Below, one piece after another: positions 24,866 to 33,876 of a DNA stretch of 49,916 nucleotides (the stretch's first letter is position 1; each line of letters starts with the position of its first letter). Under the pieces are notes generated by a model. That model did not search any database, was not told the DNA's origin, and saw only the letters and a list, made by a program, of their open reading frames with translations. A program made the position numbers and the translations under genes. Source of the DNA: an uncultured Treponemataceae bacterium (GTDB lineage: Bacteria > Spirochaetota > Spirochaetia > Treponematales > UBA12059); contig CAZNXK010000006.1 in the NCBI GenBank assembly GCA_964576835.1, positions 1 to 49,916 on the forward strand. Direction: 5' to 3'.

Positions 24866-26971
24866 CTACATCTTCGCTATCATGAAAGCATAGGTGCTCG
24901 TGGTGACGCCGTCAGGCGCGGTCACGACGATGGTGATGATTGAGCCGGCCGTGGCTTTCACCGCCGTCCCGGACCTCGAGGCGGAAGCCTTGCCGTTGAC
25001 GGTGATCGACTTGATCTTCGTCGACATGGCCGTCGGGATTATGGTGATGCCGTCGGTCGCCTTGGGCACCTCGATCACATAGCTGTATGTCCACGGATCG
25101 AACTTGTTCCGCAACGCGTACGACACTGTCTCCATGCCGCCTGCCCAGGCAAACGGCGCCGGATCGGGCTGCCATGAGACCGTCGTTCCCATCAGCCTGC
25201 CGCCCTCGACCTCGAAATTGGACAGTACCGAGTATTTGAGGTAGCCGTCCTTGCCGTTGTAGTTGACCGGACTCGACGTCAGGTACTCAGTGCCGTCGCC
25301 CATCGTGCCGGCCAGCTTGAGGGCGATCCAGTTCGTGCCGTCCTTCCACATGTCGCCGATCATCGTCGTCCTGCTGTTCGGCGCGTCGTTGTTGCCGCGC
25401 AGGGTCGGGGTGCATCCCGCCTCGCCGTTGTCAACAACCTGTTGCAGAGCCGCCTCGAAGAGCCTCAGGTTGGCATCGGACAGCGGCGTCTCGTCATGGC
25501 CGGTGAAGAGCCTGGTCGTCTTGCCGCCTGCCTTCTTGTAGTTCGAATAGGTCTGCTGGGCCAGCGACAGGAGGAGGTCGACCCTGACTCCGGAGACGTT
25601 GACGTTGTCCGCAGAGCCGGCCCTCGTGCAGCCGTAGATGTCGGAGGCGAATATCAGTCCGTTGGCCTTGTCCTGCAGGATGATGTTTCCGTTGGCGTGT
25701 CCCGGAAGCGTGTAGACGTACAGGTCGCAGCCTCCGAGGCTGAACTTGTCACCCTCCTCGACGTTCCTGATCTTGCCCTGCCCGGCGGCGGTCGGGAACA
25801 CCGCGGGGAAGGGGCCGCTCGTGGCTCCGACCGCGGACCATCCGCGCTTGTTCAGGTATACGTCGACTCCGGCCGCAAGGAAGTTTGGTCCCTGCATGTC
25901 GTGATCACCGTGCTCGTGTCCTATGACCAGGAAATTCGGCTTCGTGGCGATGTTCTTGTCGATGTACGCCTTCAGGTTGGCAACGTTCGACGGTGTCTGC
26001 AGCGCGTCGAATACCAGGCCGCGGTCCTGCCCCTCGATGTACCACGCCATCGCGCGGACCGACTCGGAGTCGTTGCATATCCTGTATACCGCCGGACTGG
26101 TCGCGGTCTTCTCCTGGATCAGCAGGTGCTGGAAATCGGCGACAACCGGCCGGTACAGGCGCCAAGTGAAAGTCTGTACCGGGCTGGCGGCCATGCCGTC
26201 CTTCAGCGCGATGGCCTTGTAGACCACGTTCCGTTCGGGTAGCTGAGCGGTCGACAGCATCTCGTTGATGTGGCCCTTCGTGGCGACGGTGTACACCGCG
26301 CTGGCCGAGGTGGGCGTCGATCCGTCGGTGGTGTAATGGATGACCGCGCCGGGAGTCGGGCAGAACAGCTTGACGTAACGCCTCGGCGCACTCGCGTTCT
26401 GCATCGGCACGGCCTGCACCGGCGAAACCATCGAGGAGGTGAGCCTGTCGAACATGGCGGCGGCCTCGGCCGCCCCGAGAGGCGCCGTGGGCTTGAAGGC
26501 CGTCGGCGTCAGGCCGGACATGAAGCCCGAGGCGACCATCGAGTTGACGCCGTCCCTGATCGACGCGTCGATCTTCGACCTGTCCGAGAAGCCGGCCAGC
26601 GCATCCTTGGATGACACCGGTAGCCTGAAGGCCAGCGCAAGGATAGCGGCAGCCTCCTGCCTCGTGACGGCCGCTCCCGGATTGAAGTTGCCGGACGCAT
26701 CGGGACTGATCAGCCCTTGCTCGTACGCCACCTCTATCTGCTTGCCGAACGGATCGGCTGTCCTGACATCCTTGAACTGCTTGAGCGGAGACTTCCAGAT
26801 GTCGTTGTACTCCGTGGGATGTGGCCATTCGAAGTAATCCGATATCCGGGCGACGAACTCGGCCTTCGTGATGGTACCTTCCCCGGTCGGAACCGAAACG
26901 CAGGCGGCCAGCGACAGCGCCAGCGCACATCCGATAAGCAGGCTTATATACCCTATCTGTCTCTTGAACAT
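24866..26971 (-). CDS. Lipoprotein with SLH repeats + Fn3-associated domain + metallo-beta-lactamase-fold hydrolase + cadherin-like beta-sandwich
   Basis: Lipobox LAAC; SLH motifs ITKAEF, FKDV, FNPGAAVTRQEAA, FSDRSKI; IHYTTDGSTPT; MBL motifs GHEHGDHD, PGH, FASD, TGHD; C-terminal VVTAPDGVTTSTY. AGGAGG RBS before ATG 26971. Confidence 0.85.
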   Translation of the reverse strand: MFKRQIGYISLLIGCALALSLAACVSVPTGEGTITKAEFVARISDYFEWPHPTEYNDIWKSPLKQFKDVRTADPFGKQIEVAYEQGLISPDASGNFNPGAAVTRQEAAAILALAFRLPVSSKDALAGFSDRSKIDASIRDGVNSMVASGFMSGLTPTAFKPTAPLGAAEAAAMFDRLTSSMVSPVQAVPMQNASAPRRYVKLFCPTPGAVIHYTTDGSTPTSASAVYTVATKGHINEMLSTAQLPERNVVYKAIALKDGMAASPVQTFTWRLYRPVVADFQHLLIQEKTATSPAVYRICNDSESVRAMAWYIEGQDRGLVFDALQTPSNVANLKAYIDKNIATKPNFLVIGHEHGDHDMQGPNFLAAGVDVYLNKRGWSAVGATSGPFPAVFPTAAGQGKIRNVEEGDKFSLGGCDLYVYTLPGHANGNIILQDKANGLIFASDIYGCTRAGSADNVNVSGVRVDLLLSLAQQTYSNYKKAGGKTTRLFTGHDETPLSDANLRLFEAALQQVVDNGEAGCTPTLRGNNDAPNSRTTMIGDMWKDGTNWIALKLAGTMGDGTEYLTSSPVNYNGKDGYLKYSVLSNFEVEGGRLMGTTVSWQPDPAPFAWAGGMETVSYALRNKFDPWTYSYVIEVPKATDGITIIPTAMSTKIKSITVNGKASASRSGTAVKATAGSIITIVVTAPDGVTTSTYAFMIAKM

Positions 26972-27244
26972 GACGTTTCCTCCTGAGCGAACCTGAGCCA
27001 TGGATTGTCGAGATTCTTTGCGACTCCCGCGGGGAACGGCACTGCGGCCGATCCTCCGGGCATCATGCCTGGAGCGACATCGCGGCACCTCCTGTCCCGG
27101 GAAGCGGCGCGGACATGGATGCCGGATCGCCGGACCTATCCGATATCACTGCGATATATCTGATCGGTATAAAAAATACTTCTATCAACGCAGGAATCAC
27201 CTCACCCTCCCCCTGGCGTATCAGTCCTGATCCCATTCATCCGC

Positions 27245-27658
27245 TCAGTCTTTCGGCCATTCGAGCAACTCGATGAGCCCTATGAACTTGTGCCGGAGGA
27301 AACAAAGCTGGTTTTTCTGGAACACGCCGCCGGTGATCGGCTCGTGGATCGCGTATTCACCGGTGGCCAAGAGTTCATCGACCTTCCTGTGGATATCCTC
27401 CACGTCGTAGCAGACGTGATGAAACGCGATGGCTTCGGTGCGTGCATCCGGCGTTACGGCGGCAAACGACGGCCTGGAAGGATCCGCGACCTGCAGGAGC
27501 TCGATGATCGATTCGCCGAGCCTGACCCGCTGGATCAGCATGTTCTTGGGGACGTGGTGCCTGACGTCATCATGGGCCTTCTCGAAGCCCATCAGAAGGT
27601 AGGCGTCGACAGCCTGCGCGAGATCCATCGTCACGAAGGCCAAGTGGTTGAGTCTCAC
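27245..27658 (-). CDS. VOC family protein (methylmalonyl-CoA epimerase/glyoxalase-like)
   Basis: Metal-ligand pattern LNHLAF, IELLQ, HHVCYDVEDI, LIELLE. Confidence 0.85.
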   Translation of the reverse strand: MRLNHLAFVTMDLAQAVDAYLLMGFEKAHDDVRHHVPKNMLIQRVRLGESIIELLQVADPSRPSFAAVTPDARTEAIAFHHVCYDVEDIHRKVDELLATGEYAIHEPITGGVFQKNQLCFLRHKFIGLIELLEWPKD

Positions 27659-27669
27659 GCGGGGGTTCC

Positions 27670-28701
27670 TCAGTCGTTCGTCAGTATGACCTTGATCTCG
27701 GTCGAATTTCCCGAGGCCAGGTCTTCGAATATCCTCGGGCCATCGGACATGGGCAGAACCGAGGTGACCATCTGCCTGACGTCGAGCTTGCCGTCGATGA
27801 TCATCTGGAGTCCTTCGCGCATCTCGGTCGTGTACATGTAACTGGTCAGCAGCTTGAGCTCCTTGACCACGGCATGCTTATATTCGATCTCCATCTTCGG
27901 CGAGGCCATGCCTACGAGCATCATCGTGCCGCCGTTACGGACTATCTCGATGCCGGTGTTGACGGTCGCGGGAACCCCGGCGGCGTCGAAGACGATGTCG
28001 ACGCCCAGGCCGCCGGTCAGCTTCCTCACCTCGGCCTGTACCTCGCCCTTCGAGTTGATGCCATCGGTGGCTCCGCACTTCTTCGCCATCGCGAGCCTGT
28101 TATCGAGGACGTCGATCGCGATGATCTTCGCGGCGCCGAAGGCCTTGAGGCACATGATGCCCATCAGTCCGATCGGACCCGAGCCGAAGACGGCGACGGT
28201 CTTGCCCTTGATGTCGCCGAGGTGCTTGGTCGCCCGCAGCGATATCGACAGCGGCTCGACCATGGCGCACGCGTTGAACGATACGTGCGCCGGCAGTGGC
28301 ATGATCTTCTCCGCGGGAGCCAGCACGTAATCGGCCATGGCGCCGTTGTAGCTGCCGGCCTTCATCGTCGTCCCGATGATGTAGCGATTGTCGCAGACAT
28401 TGTCGAGGCCGTCCTTGCAGTCCTGGCATTTCCCGCAATACAGGTTGGTCACGACGCCGACCCGGTCGCCGACCTTCATGCCCGTAACACCCTGCCCCAG
28501 AACCGCAATCTCGCCCGAAAACTCGTGCCCCATGATCAGCGGAGCGACGCGCATCGCCGAGCCGCCCTTGTAGCCCGACAGGTCGGATCCGCAGATCGAC
28601 ACCGCACGGACCTTTACCAGGACTTCGCCATTCTTCGGCGCCGGGGTGGCGACTTCCTCATAGCGCAGGTCGCGCGGTCCATGATATACGAGTGCCTTCA
28701 T
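27670..28701 (-). CDS. Zinc-dependent medium-chain (polyol/cyclitol) dehydrogenase
   Basis: ICGSD, GHEFSG, structural Zn CGKCQDC...C, GSGPIG, IDV (NAD-type). Confidence 0.92.
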   Translation of the reverse strand: MKALVYHGPRDLRYEEVATPAPKNGEVLVKVRAVSICGSDLSGYKGGSAMRVAPLIMGHEFSGEIAVLGQGVTGMKVGDRVGVVTNLYCGKCQDCKDGLDNVCDNRYIIGTTMKAGSYNGAMADYVLAPAEKIMPLPAHVSFNACAMVEPLSISLRATKHLGDIKGKTVAVFGSGPIGLMGIMCLKAFGAAKIIAIDVLDNRLAMAKKCGATDGINSKGEVQAEVRKLTGGLGVDIVFDAAGVPATVNTGIEIVRNGGTMMLVGMASPKMEIEYKHAVVKELKLLTSYMYTTEMREGLQMIIDGKLDVRQMVTSVLPMSDGPRIFEDLASGNSTEIKVILTND

Positions 28702-29519
28702 TTTGTTTCTCCTTGTGCCCTGTAGGGCCTGATTCCGTGCGCCTCGAAGAAGCGCAGTCCTTCCTGTATCTCGGACCTGAAATCCTTGAACACGGACGCC
28801 TCGATCGAAATGATTTCCTTGTAGGCCATATTCTTGAGGGCGTCGAGGAACGGCGAGTAGTCGAATCCGTCGTCGACGCGAGGGAAGACCCTCTCGGGGA
28901 AGATGGTCGTCGGGTTGTCCAGGTGGACGTGCTTTATGAACGGTTCGTATTTCGCGATCTCGTCCAGCGGCCGTCCGAGCTCGACCATGTAGCGGTAGTC
29001 GACGAAGGTCTTCAGGTTGGGCCTGCCGTACTTCCTGATGAACTCGACGGCTTCCGGGAGGTTGTTGACGATGTTCGACAGCTTCTTGCCGAGTGGCTCG
29101 ATCAGGACGGTGATGTTGTGTTCCGCCGTTATATCGAGCAGCATCGTGAAGAATTCGTCGAACTTGGCCGCAGCGCCTTCGATATCGCCTTCGACCGGAA
29201 GGCTGCGGGCCTTTCCGTTGCCGAACACGAAATACCGCGCGCCCATCCCGGCCGTCCTGTCGGCGGCCTTGCGCAGGAAATCCCTGTAATACGCGAGGTC
29301 GAACGACGGATCGGAGATCCTCGAGTCAAGCGGTATGGGGTTGTCGAATACCTCGGCGGGTATGCCGCACGAGCGGAGCCTGGCGAGCGCGGTCCTGTAC
29401 TGCGCGTCGTCGAAGCCCATGATCTCCCTGACATGCAGCTCGGCGCAGTCGTAGCCGGCGGCGGCGATGTCGTCGAGATCCTTCGTGAATCCGAAACAGC
29501 TCAGGCGCATTCGAATCAT
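28698..29519 (-). CDS. Sugar phosphate isomerase/epimerase family TIM barrel (D-psicose/tagatose epimerase, Hyi or IolO-like fold)
   Basis: FVFGNGKAR, IEPL, FVDYRY, HVHL, R, ISIEA: metal/catalytic E-D-H-E set retained. Confidence 0.88.
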   Translation of the reverse strand: MIRMRLSCFGFTKDLDDIAAAGYDCAELHVREIMGFDDAQYRTALARLRSCGIPAEVFDNPIPLDSRISDPSFDLAYYRDFLRKAADRTAGMGARYFVFGNGKARSLPVEGDIEGAAAKFDEFFTMLLDITAEHNITVLIEPLGKKLSNIVNNLPEAVEFIRKYGRPNLKTFVDYRYMVELGRPLDEIAKYEPFIKHVHLDNPTTIFPERVFPRVDDGFDYSPFLDALKNMAYKEIISIEASVFKDFRSEIQEGLRFFEAHGIRPYRAQGETK

Positions 29520-29529
29520 GTCGCCCCCG

Positions 29530-30810
29530 TTACTTGACGTAACCGAACAGACGCGGCAGGAAGAGCGACAGCGGCTCGATGTAGGTGACGAGCAGTAGAG
29601 TAACGATCTCGGCCACAAGGAACGGAAGCACGGCCTTGGACACCTTCTCTATAGACAGCTTCGTGATTCCACAGACGACGTAGAGGCACAGGCCCACGGG
29701 CGGAGTGATGAGGCCTATCATCAGGTTGAGCACAACGATCGCGCCGAGCATGACCGGTTCTACCCCGAACGGCTTGGTGATCGAGAGGAGTATCGGCACC
29801 AGGATGATGAGCGCCGCGGTCCCCTCCATGAAGGTTCCCACTATCAGCAGGACGACATTGATCGCGAGCAGCAGCGTGTATTTGTTGGTGAATACCTCCG
29901 CGACGTACAGGGCCATCCGCATCGGTACTTCCTCGGTCACGAGCGCCCAGTTGAAGACATTGGAGCACGCGATGACCAGGAACACGACGCCGGAGGTCTT
30001 GGCCGTGACCATGAAGGCTTCCTTGATTTTTTTCCAGTTGAGTTTCCGGTATACGAACATGCCGACGACGAGAGCGTAGACCACGGCGACGGCCGAGGCC
30101 TCGGTCGCCGTGAAGATGCCGCCGAGGATGCCGCCGAGGATGATCAGTGGCATCATCATCGGGACGATACCGGCCAGCGATGCTGCCGCCATTTCCCTGA
30201 ACGTCGGCCAGCGGGCCGCACGAGGATAGTTCCTCTTCTTCGAAATGATGGCGTTGACCACCATCAGGCTCAAGCCCAGCAGTATCCCGGGAAACATTCC
30301 CGCGAGGAACAGCGCGGCCACCGAGGTCGAGCCGACGAGGGAATAGACCACGAAGGGGATGCTCGGCGGGATGATCGGGCCTATGACCGATGACGAGCAG
30401 GTTACAGCGGCGCTGAAATCCTCGTCAAAGCCTTCCTCGACCATCGCCGGTATCAGCATCGAACCAAGGGCCGAGGTATCGGCGACCGCGGAGCCGGTAA
30501 TGCCTGCGAAGAACATCGACGCGAGGATGTTTACGTGGCCGAGACCGCCCCTGAGCCTGCCGACGAATACGGAGGCGAGGTTTACCAGCCGGGTGGTGAT
30601 GCCTGTGCTGTTCATCAGCTCGCCAGCGAGCACGAAGAACGGTATGGCCATGAACGGGAACACGTCTATGCCGGTGAACATCCGCTGGGCGATGAGGCCG
30701 AGCGTGATTCCCTTGGAGACCAGGAACAAGAGGCTTGCCGTCCCGAGGCTGAAGGCGATCGGCACGCCGATCAGGAGGAGCACTATGAAAGAAACCATCG
30801 ATATCAGCAT
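29530..30810 (-). CDS. dctM: TRAP transporter large permease
   Basis: AIPFFVLAGELM, GSAVAD, IIPPSIP, FTATEAS, GLITPPVG. Confidence 0.95.
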   Translation of the reverse strand: MLISMVSFIVLLLIGVPIAFSLGTASLLFLVSKGITLGLIAQRMFTGIDVFPFMAIPFFVLAGELMNSTGITTRLVNLASVFVGRLRGGLGHVNILASMFFAGITGSAVADTSALGSMLIPAMVEEGFDEDFSAAVTCSSSVIGPIIPPSIPFVVYSLVGSTSVAALFLAGMFPGILLGLSLMVVNAIISKKRNYPRAARWPTFREMAAASLAGIVPMMMPLIILGGILGGIFTATEASAVAVVYALVVGMFVYRKLNWKKIKEAFMVTAKTSGVVFLVIACSNVFNWALVTEEVPMRMALYVAEVFTNKYTLLLAINVVLLIVGTFMEGTAALIILVPILLSITKPFGVEPVMLGAIVVLNLMIGLITPPVGLCLYVVCGITKLSIEKVSKAVLPFLVAEIVTLLLVTYIEPLSLFLPRLFGYVK

Positions 30811-30819
30811 ATGACTGTC

Positions 30820-31323
30820 CTACTTGCCTTCAACGGGGGCTTCGGGCTCCCAGCGGAACCCGACGAGAAACAGCACGTTTTCTATCGCCATCAGGAAGAG
30901 TCCGATGGTGACGGCGAAGTAAGGTATGACCATCGGGATCTCCATCGCGCTCGATGTCTGTATCGATAGCGAATCCAGGTGGGAGAATGACATCACGAGG
31001 ACGATGACGAGGAACGCGATGACGATGGAACGGCTGATGAATTCCATGACGCGGCGACCGGCGGGAGGCAACAGCGCGATGACGGCGGTGATGCCGACAT
31101 GGGCTTCTTCCCTCGTTGCGAGCACGGCGCCGAGGTAGGCCATCCATATCATCATGTAGCGTCCGAGTTCCTCGGTCCACGATATCGAGTTGTGGAGCAC
31201 ATAGCGGAAGAACACGCCTGTCGCCACGTTCGCCACCATTACCCCGACCAAGAGGGCGATAGTCCATTCTATGCCCGTTTCCATCACGCGTATGATCATG
31301 GGGCGTCGTTTCAGGTTCAGCAT
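30820..31323 (-). CDS. dctQ: TRAP transporter small permease
   Basis: VFFRYV..SISWTEELGRY, four TMs. Confidence 0.93.
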   Translation of the reverse strand: MLNLKRRPMIIRVMETGIEWTIALLVGVMVANVATGVFFRYVLHNSISWTEELGRYMMIWMAYLGAVLATREEAHVGITAVIALLPPAGRRVMEFISRSIVIAFLVIVLVMSFSHLDSLSIQTSSAMEIPMVIPYFAVTIGLFLMAIENVLFLVGFRWEPEAPVEGK

Positions 31324-31354
31324 GTTCGCAGTCCCTCCTTGGATTTCGGCGCGG

Positions 31355-31393
31355 CAGGAAGGAGACGGGGATTGAAGTCCCGCCTCCTTCCTG
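31355..31393 (-). terminator. Intercistronic hairpin after dctP (mRNA stabiliser or partial terminator)
   Basis: Long stem CAGGAAGGAGACGGG...CCCGCCTCCTTCCTG. Confidence 0.6.
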
Positions 31394-31405
31394 TACGGGT
31401 CATTT

Positions 31406-32434
31406 TTACTTGAGAGACGCCTTCTGCTGGGCTACGACTGCCTTGACGGCCGCAAGGGCCTCGTCGATCAGCTTCTGGTCGATCTTGGTCTTGAGCCAGT
31501 CGATGACGGGTTGCTGGGTCGCCTTCTGGAACTGGGCCAGCTCGGCTTCGGTCGGAACGTAGACTTCGTTGCCGGCATCGAGCAGGACCTGGATGCCCTG
31601 CGCGCCAATCAGCTGGGAGACGCCGCGGCCGACGCCCGAAGCGACCTGGGCGGAATCGAGGACGATGTACTGGAGGTCGGCCGGGAGGCTCTGGAAGAAC
31701 TTCTCGTTGATCACGAACCAGTCGACGCCGTAGACGTGGCCGTCAAGGGTGATGTACTTGTTCACCTCGTTCAGCTTGGCCATCAGGATCGTCGGCACGG
31801 GATTCTCCTGCCCGTCAACGACCTTGGTCTGGAGCGCAGTATAGGTCTCGGTCCAGGCTATCGGGGTGGGATTGGCGCCGAGCGCCTTGACCATCGTCAC
31901 GTAGAGAGGAGTCTCCTGGACGCGGATCTTCATGCCCTTCATGTCAGCCGGGCTCTTGATCGGCTTGATGCTGTTGGTGAAATTGCGGAAGCCCACCTCA
32001 GCGAACGCCAGGTTGCGCATGCCGGTTTCCTTGAGGAACCTCTGTGACAGGCTCTGTCCGAAGGGGCCGTCCATAACCGCCCATGCGACCTGCGGTGTCG
32101 GGAAGAGGTACGGGATGTCGGTGACCATCGCCGAGGGGAAGAAGTTGGCGATGACGCCAGATGCGATACCGGACTGGATGGTGCCCATCTTCACGGCCTC
32201 GACATATTCGCGCTCGGCTCCGAGGGCGCCGGCGCCGTAGACCTTCACGTTGATCCGGCCGCCGGAGCGCGAATTGACCATGGCCGCGAAGGCGACGGCC
32301 TGCGCGTGCTTCCTCGACGTGGTCACGTCGGTAGGATCGGCGTGCGCGAGCTTGAGCTCGAATACCTTGGCCTGGCCGAACGTGGCCGTGACCGTGATCG
32401 CCAGTATGCAGAGAAGCGTTACCAGCTTTTTCAT
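31406..32434 (-). CDS. dctP: TRAP transporter periplasmic solute-binding protein
   Basis: Signal peptide, GFRN, DMKGMKIRV (carboxylate-binding Arg region), YTALQTKVVDGQENP. GGAGG RBS. Confidence 0.95.
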   Translation of the reverse strand: MKKLVTLLCILAITVTATFGQAKVFELKLAHADPTDVTTSRKHAQAVAFAAMVNSRSGGRINVKVYGAGALGAEREYVEAVKMGTIQSGIASGVIANFFPSAMVTDIPYLFPTPQVAWAVMDGPFGQSLSQRFLKETGMRNLAFAEVGFRNFTNSIKPIKSPADMKGMKIRVQETPLYVTMVKALGANPTPIAWTETYTALQTKVVDGQENPVPTILMAKLNEVNKYITLDGHVYGVDWFVINEKFFQSLPADLQYIVLDSAQVASGVGRGVSQLIGAQGIQVLLDAGNEVYVPTEAELAQFQKATQQPVIDWLKTKIDQKLIDEALAAVKAVVAQQKASLK

Positions 32435-32504
32435 TCGAATGCCTCCCAAAATAGGACCATCGACGTTTCTCCCCACAAGGGGAGTTCTCCCTCGAGGGGA
32501 GAGA

Positions 32505-33467
32505 TCAGCTTGGCCAAGCTATCGTGTACAAGTGCTTGCCGCCATTCAACGGACCCTTGAGCAGGGCCTCGATCTCGGCCGGATCCCGCTGGCTCATCAG
32601 CCTGCCCTCGGGAAGCTTTCCGACCGGGAAGCGCTCCATGATGTCGCCGTGGAGCTTTACCAGGTAATTGAGGACGTTCTCGATCGCCTTCGTCGCCTTC
32701 GCCGGATCGGCCAGCGTCGCCTTGCCCAGGACGCCCTCGGGGAAGGTGACGCATTCGATGCCCGTGCCTCCGATGATGCAATGGCCGGGGATAGGGTTGC
32801 CGTAGATGTCGCCGCCGCGATCGACGTGTCCTGGCGGCAGGAATCCCTTGATGCTAGTGTCCTCGGCGTGCTCCTGTTGGCACAGCTCAGGGAACAATGC
32901 CAGCGATATCGACTGCTCCGCTTCGTCCGCGTGCTGGAAGGGATTGTCGAACGGGCCGCCGTGGGCCTTGTCCATCAGGTCCTTCGCCATGACGCGGGGA
33001 AGGTCGACGAACATCACCATCGCCGGCACCTGGTACTTCTTGCCCCACTCCTGGATGGCGGACGGCAGCGCGTATTCCTGCCCGTGCATGCTGATGAAGA
33101 TCTGCTTGCGGAATCCGGTGTTCCAGAATCCCGAGATCATCGCGCGCAGGTGATCCATGAACACGTTGTCGGGGAGCGGCACCGTGCCAGGCTGCCCGAT
33201 GTGGTGGAAGGGATGAGAGCCGTACCACATGGGCATGGCGACGGTGCATCCGGTCTTCTTCGCGACCATCTCGGCGATACGGGTGACGATGAAGGTATCC
33301 TCGCCGTAGGGACCGGCTGCGCCGTGGTTCTCGGTCGAGCCGACCGGGATGATGATCACGTCGTTCTTCTTGAGCCTCTCCTCGACGTCGAACTTCGTCA
33401 TCGTCTGGAAGTAGATCTTGGACGGCTTGTCCATCTGCCCTTCCTGCGGGAATTTCCAATCAGACAT
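32505..33467 (-). CDS. iolN: Creatininase-family hydrolase closely resembling 3-dehydro-scyllo-inosose hydrolase (IolN)
   Basis: IYFQTMT, IIIPVGSTENHG..GEDTF, WYGSHPFHHIG.PGT, GFWNTGFRKQI, HGQE, HADE, PEGVLGKATLA. These match my recollection of Thermotoga IolN; the actual substrate may differ. Confidence 0.8.
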   Translation of the reverse strand: MSDWKFPQEGQMDKPSKIYFQTMTKFDVEERLKKNDVIIIPVGSTENHGAAGPYGEDTFIVTRIAEMVAKKTGCTVAMPMWYGSHPFHHIGQPGTVPLPDNVFMDHLRAMISGFWNTGFRKQIFISMHGQEYALPSAIQEWGKKYQVPAMVMFVDLPRVMAKDLMDKAHGGPFDNPFQHADEAEQSISLALFPELCQQEHAEDTSIKGFLPPGHVDRGGDIYGNPIPGHCIIGGTGIECVTFPEGVLGKATLADPAKATKAIENVLNYLVKLHGDIMERFPVGKLPEGRLMSQRDPAEIEALLKGPLNGGKHLYTIAWPS

Positions 33468-33486
33468 GCTGTTCCTCCCTTTCCGG

Positions 33487-33846
33487 TCAGAGCCTGTGGC
33501 TCTTGAGCTGGGGCGCGTACACCCATACGAACTTGAGTTTCGTCGTCCCGGTGTTGACGATCTGGTGCTTGGCTCCCGGCGGGTTGTACACGCAGATTCC
33601 CGGCCTGAGTTCGATCTCCTCGTCGGCCGTGATGAATTTCCCCTGGCCTTCCAGGAAGAGCATCACTTCCTCCTCGGTCTCGTGGATATGCTCCGGGACC
33701 ATTGAACCAGGCTCGGTCTCGTTGACTCCGAGCGCGAGGTTCTGCGAACCGACCGTCTTCTCGGAAATCAATATCCATGAAGCCCGGGGAGGGGTCTTCC
33801 TCTCGGGCTCGACCTTGTTGATATCGATCACTTTCAATCCTGCCAT
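33487..33846 (-). CDS. Cupin domain protein
   Basis: PEHIHETEEE...LEGQG and PGAKHQIVNTG, a metal-binding cupin. Confidence 0.92.
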   Translation of the reverse strand: MAGLKVIDINKVEPERKTPPRASWILISEKTVGSQNLALGVNETEPGSMVPEHIHETEEEVMLFLEGQGKFITADEEIELRPGICVYNPPGAKHQIVNTGTTKLKFVWVYAPQLKSHRL

Positions 33847-33876
33847 GCTCTTCTCCTCCCAGTAGAAAACGTTCTG

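Noticed and set aside
28698-29519. Dehydroshikimate dehydratase (AsbF/QuiC-type) leading to protocatechuate
   Set aside because: Same fold, so not excluded. However, I recognise no AsbF-specific motifs, and no dioxygenase, CoA ligase or decarboxylase for an aromatic product is nearby, so it is kept only as an alternative.
32469-32502. Twin small hairpins between the iolN-like gene and dctP
   Set aside because: Only 6-bp stems; plausible mRNA-processing elements but too weak to call.
27670-33467. Ordinary Thermotoga-type myo-inositol operon
   Set aside because: Lacks a Gfo/Idh/MocA IolG, a kinase and a sugar ABC transporter; has TRAP, AOR, Ldh_2 and an RraA aldolase instead. It remains the main competing hypothesis.
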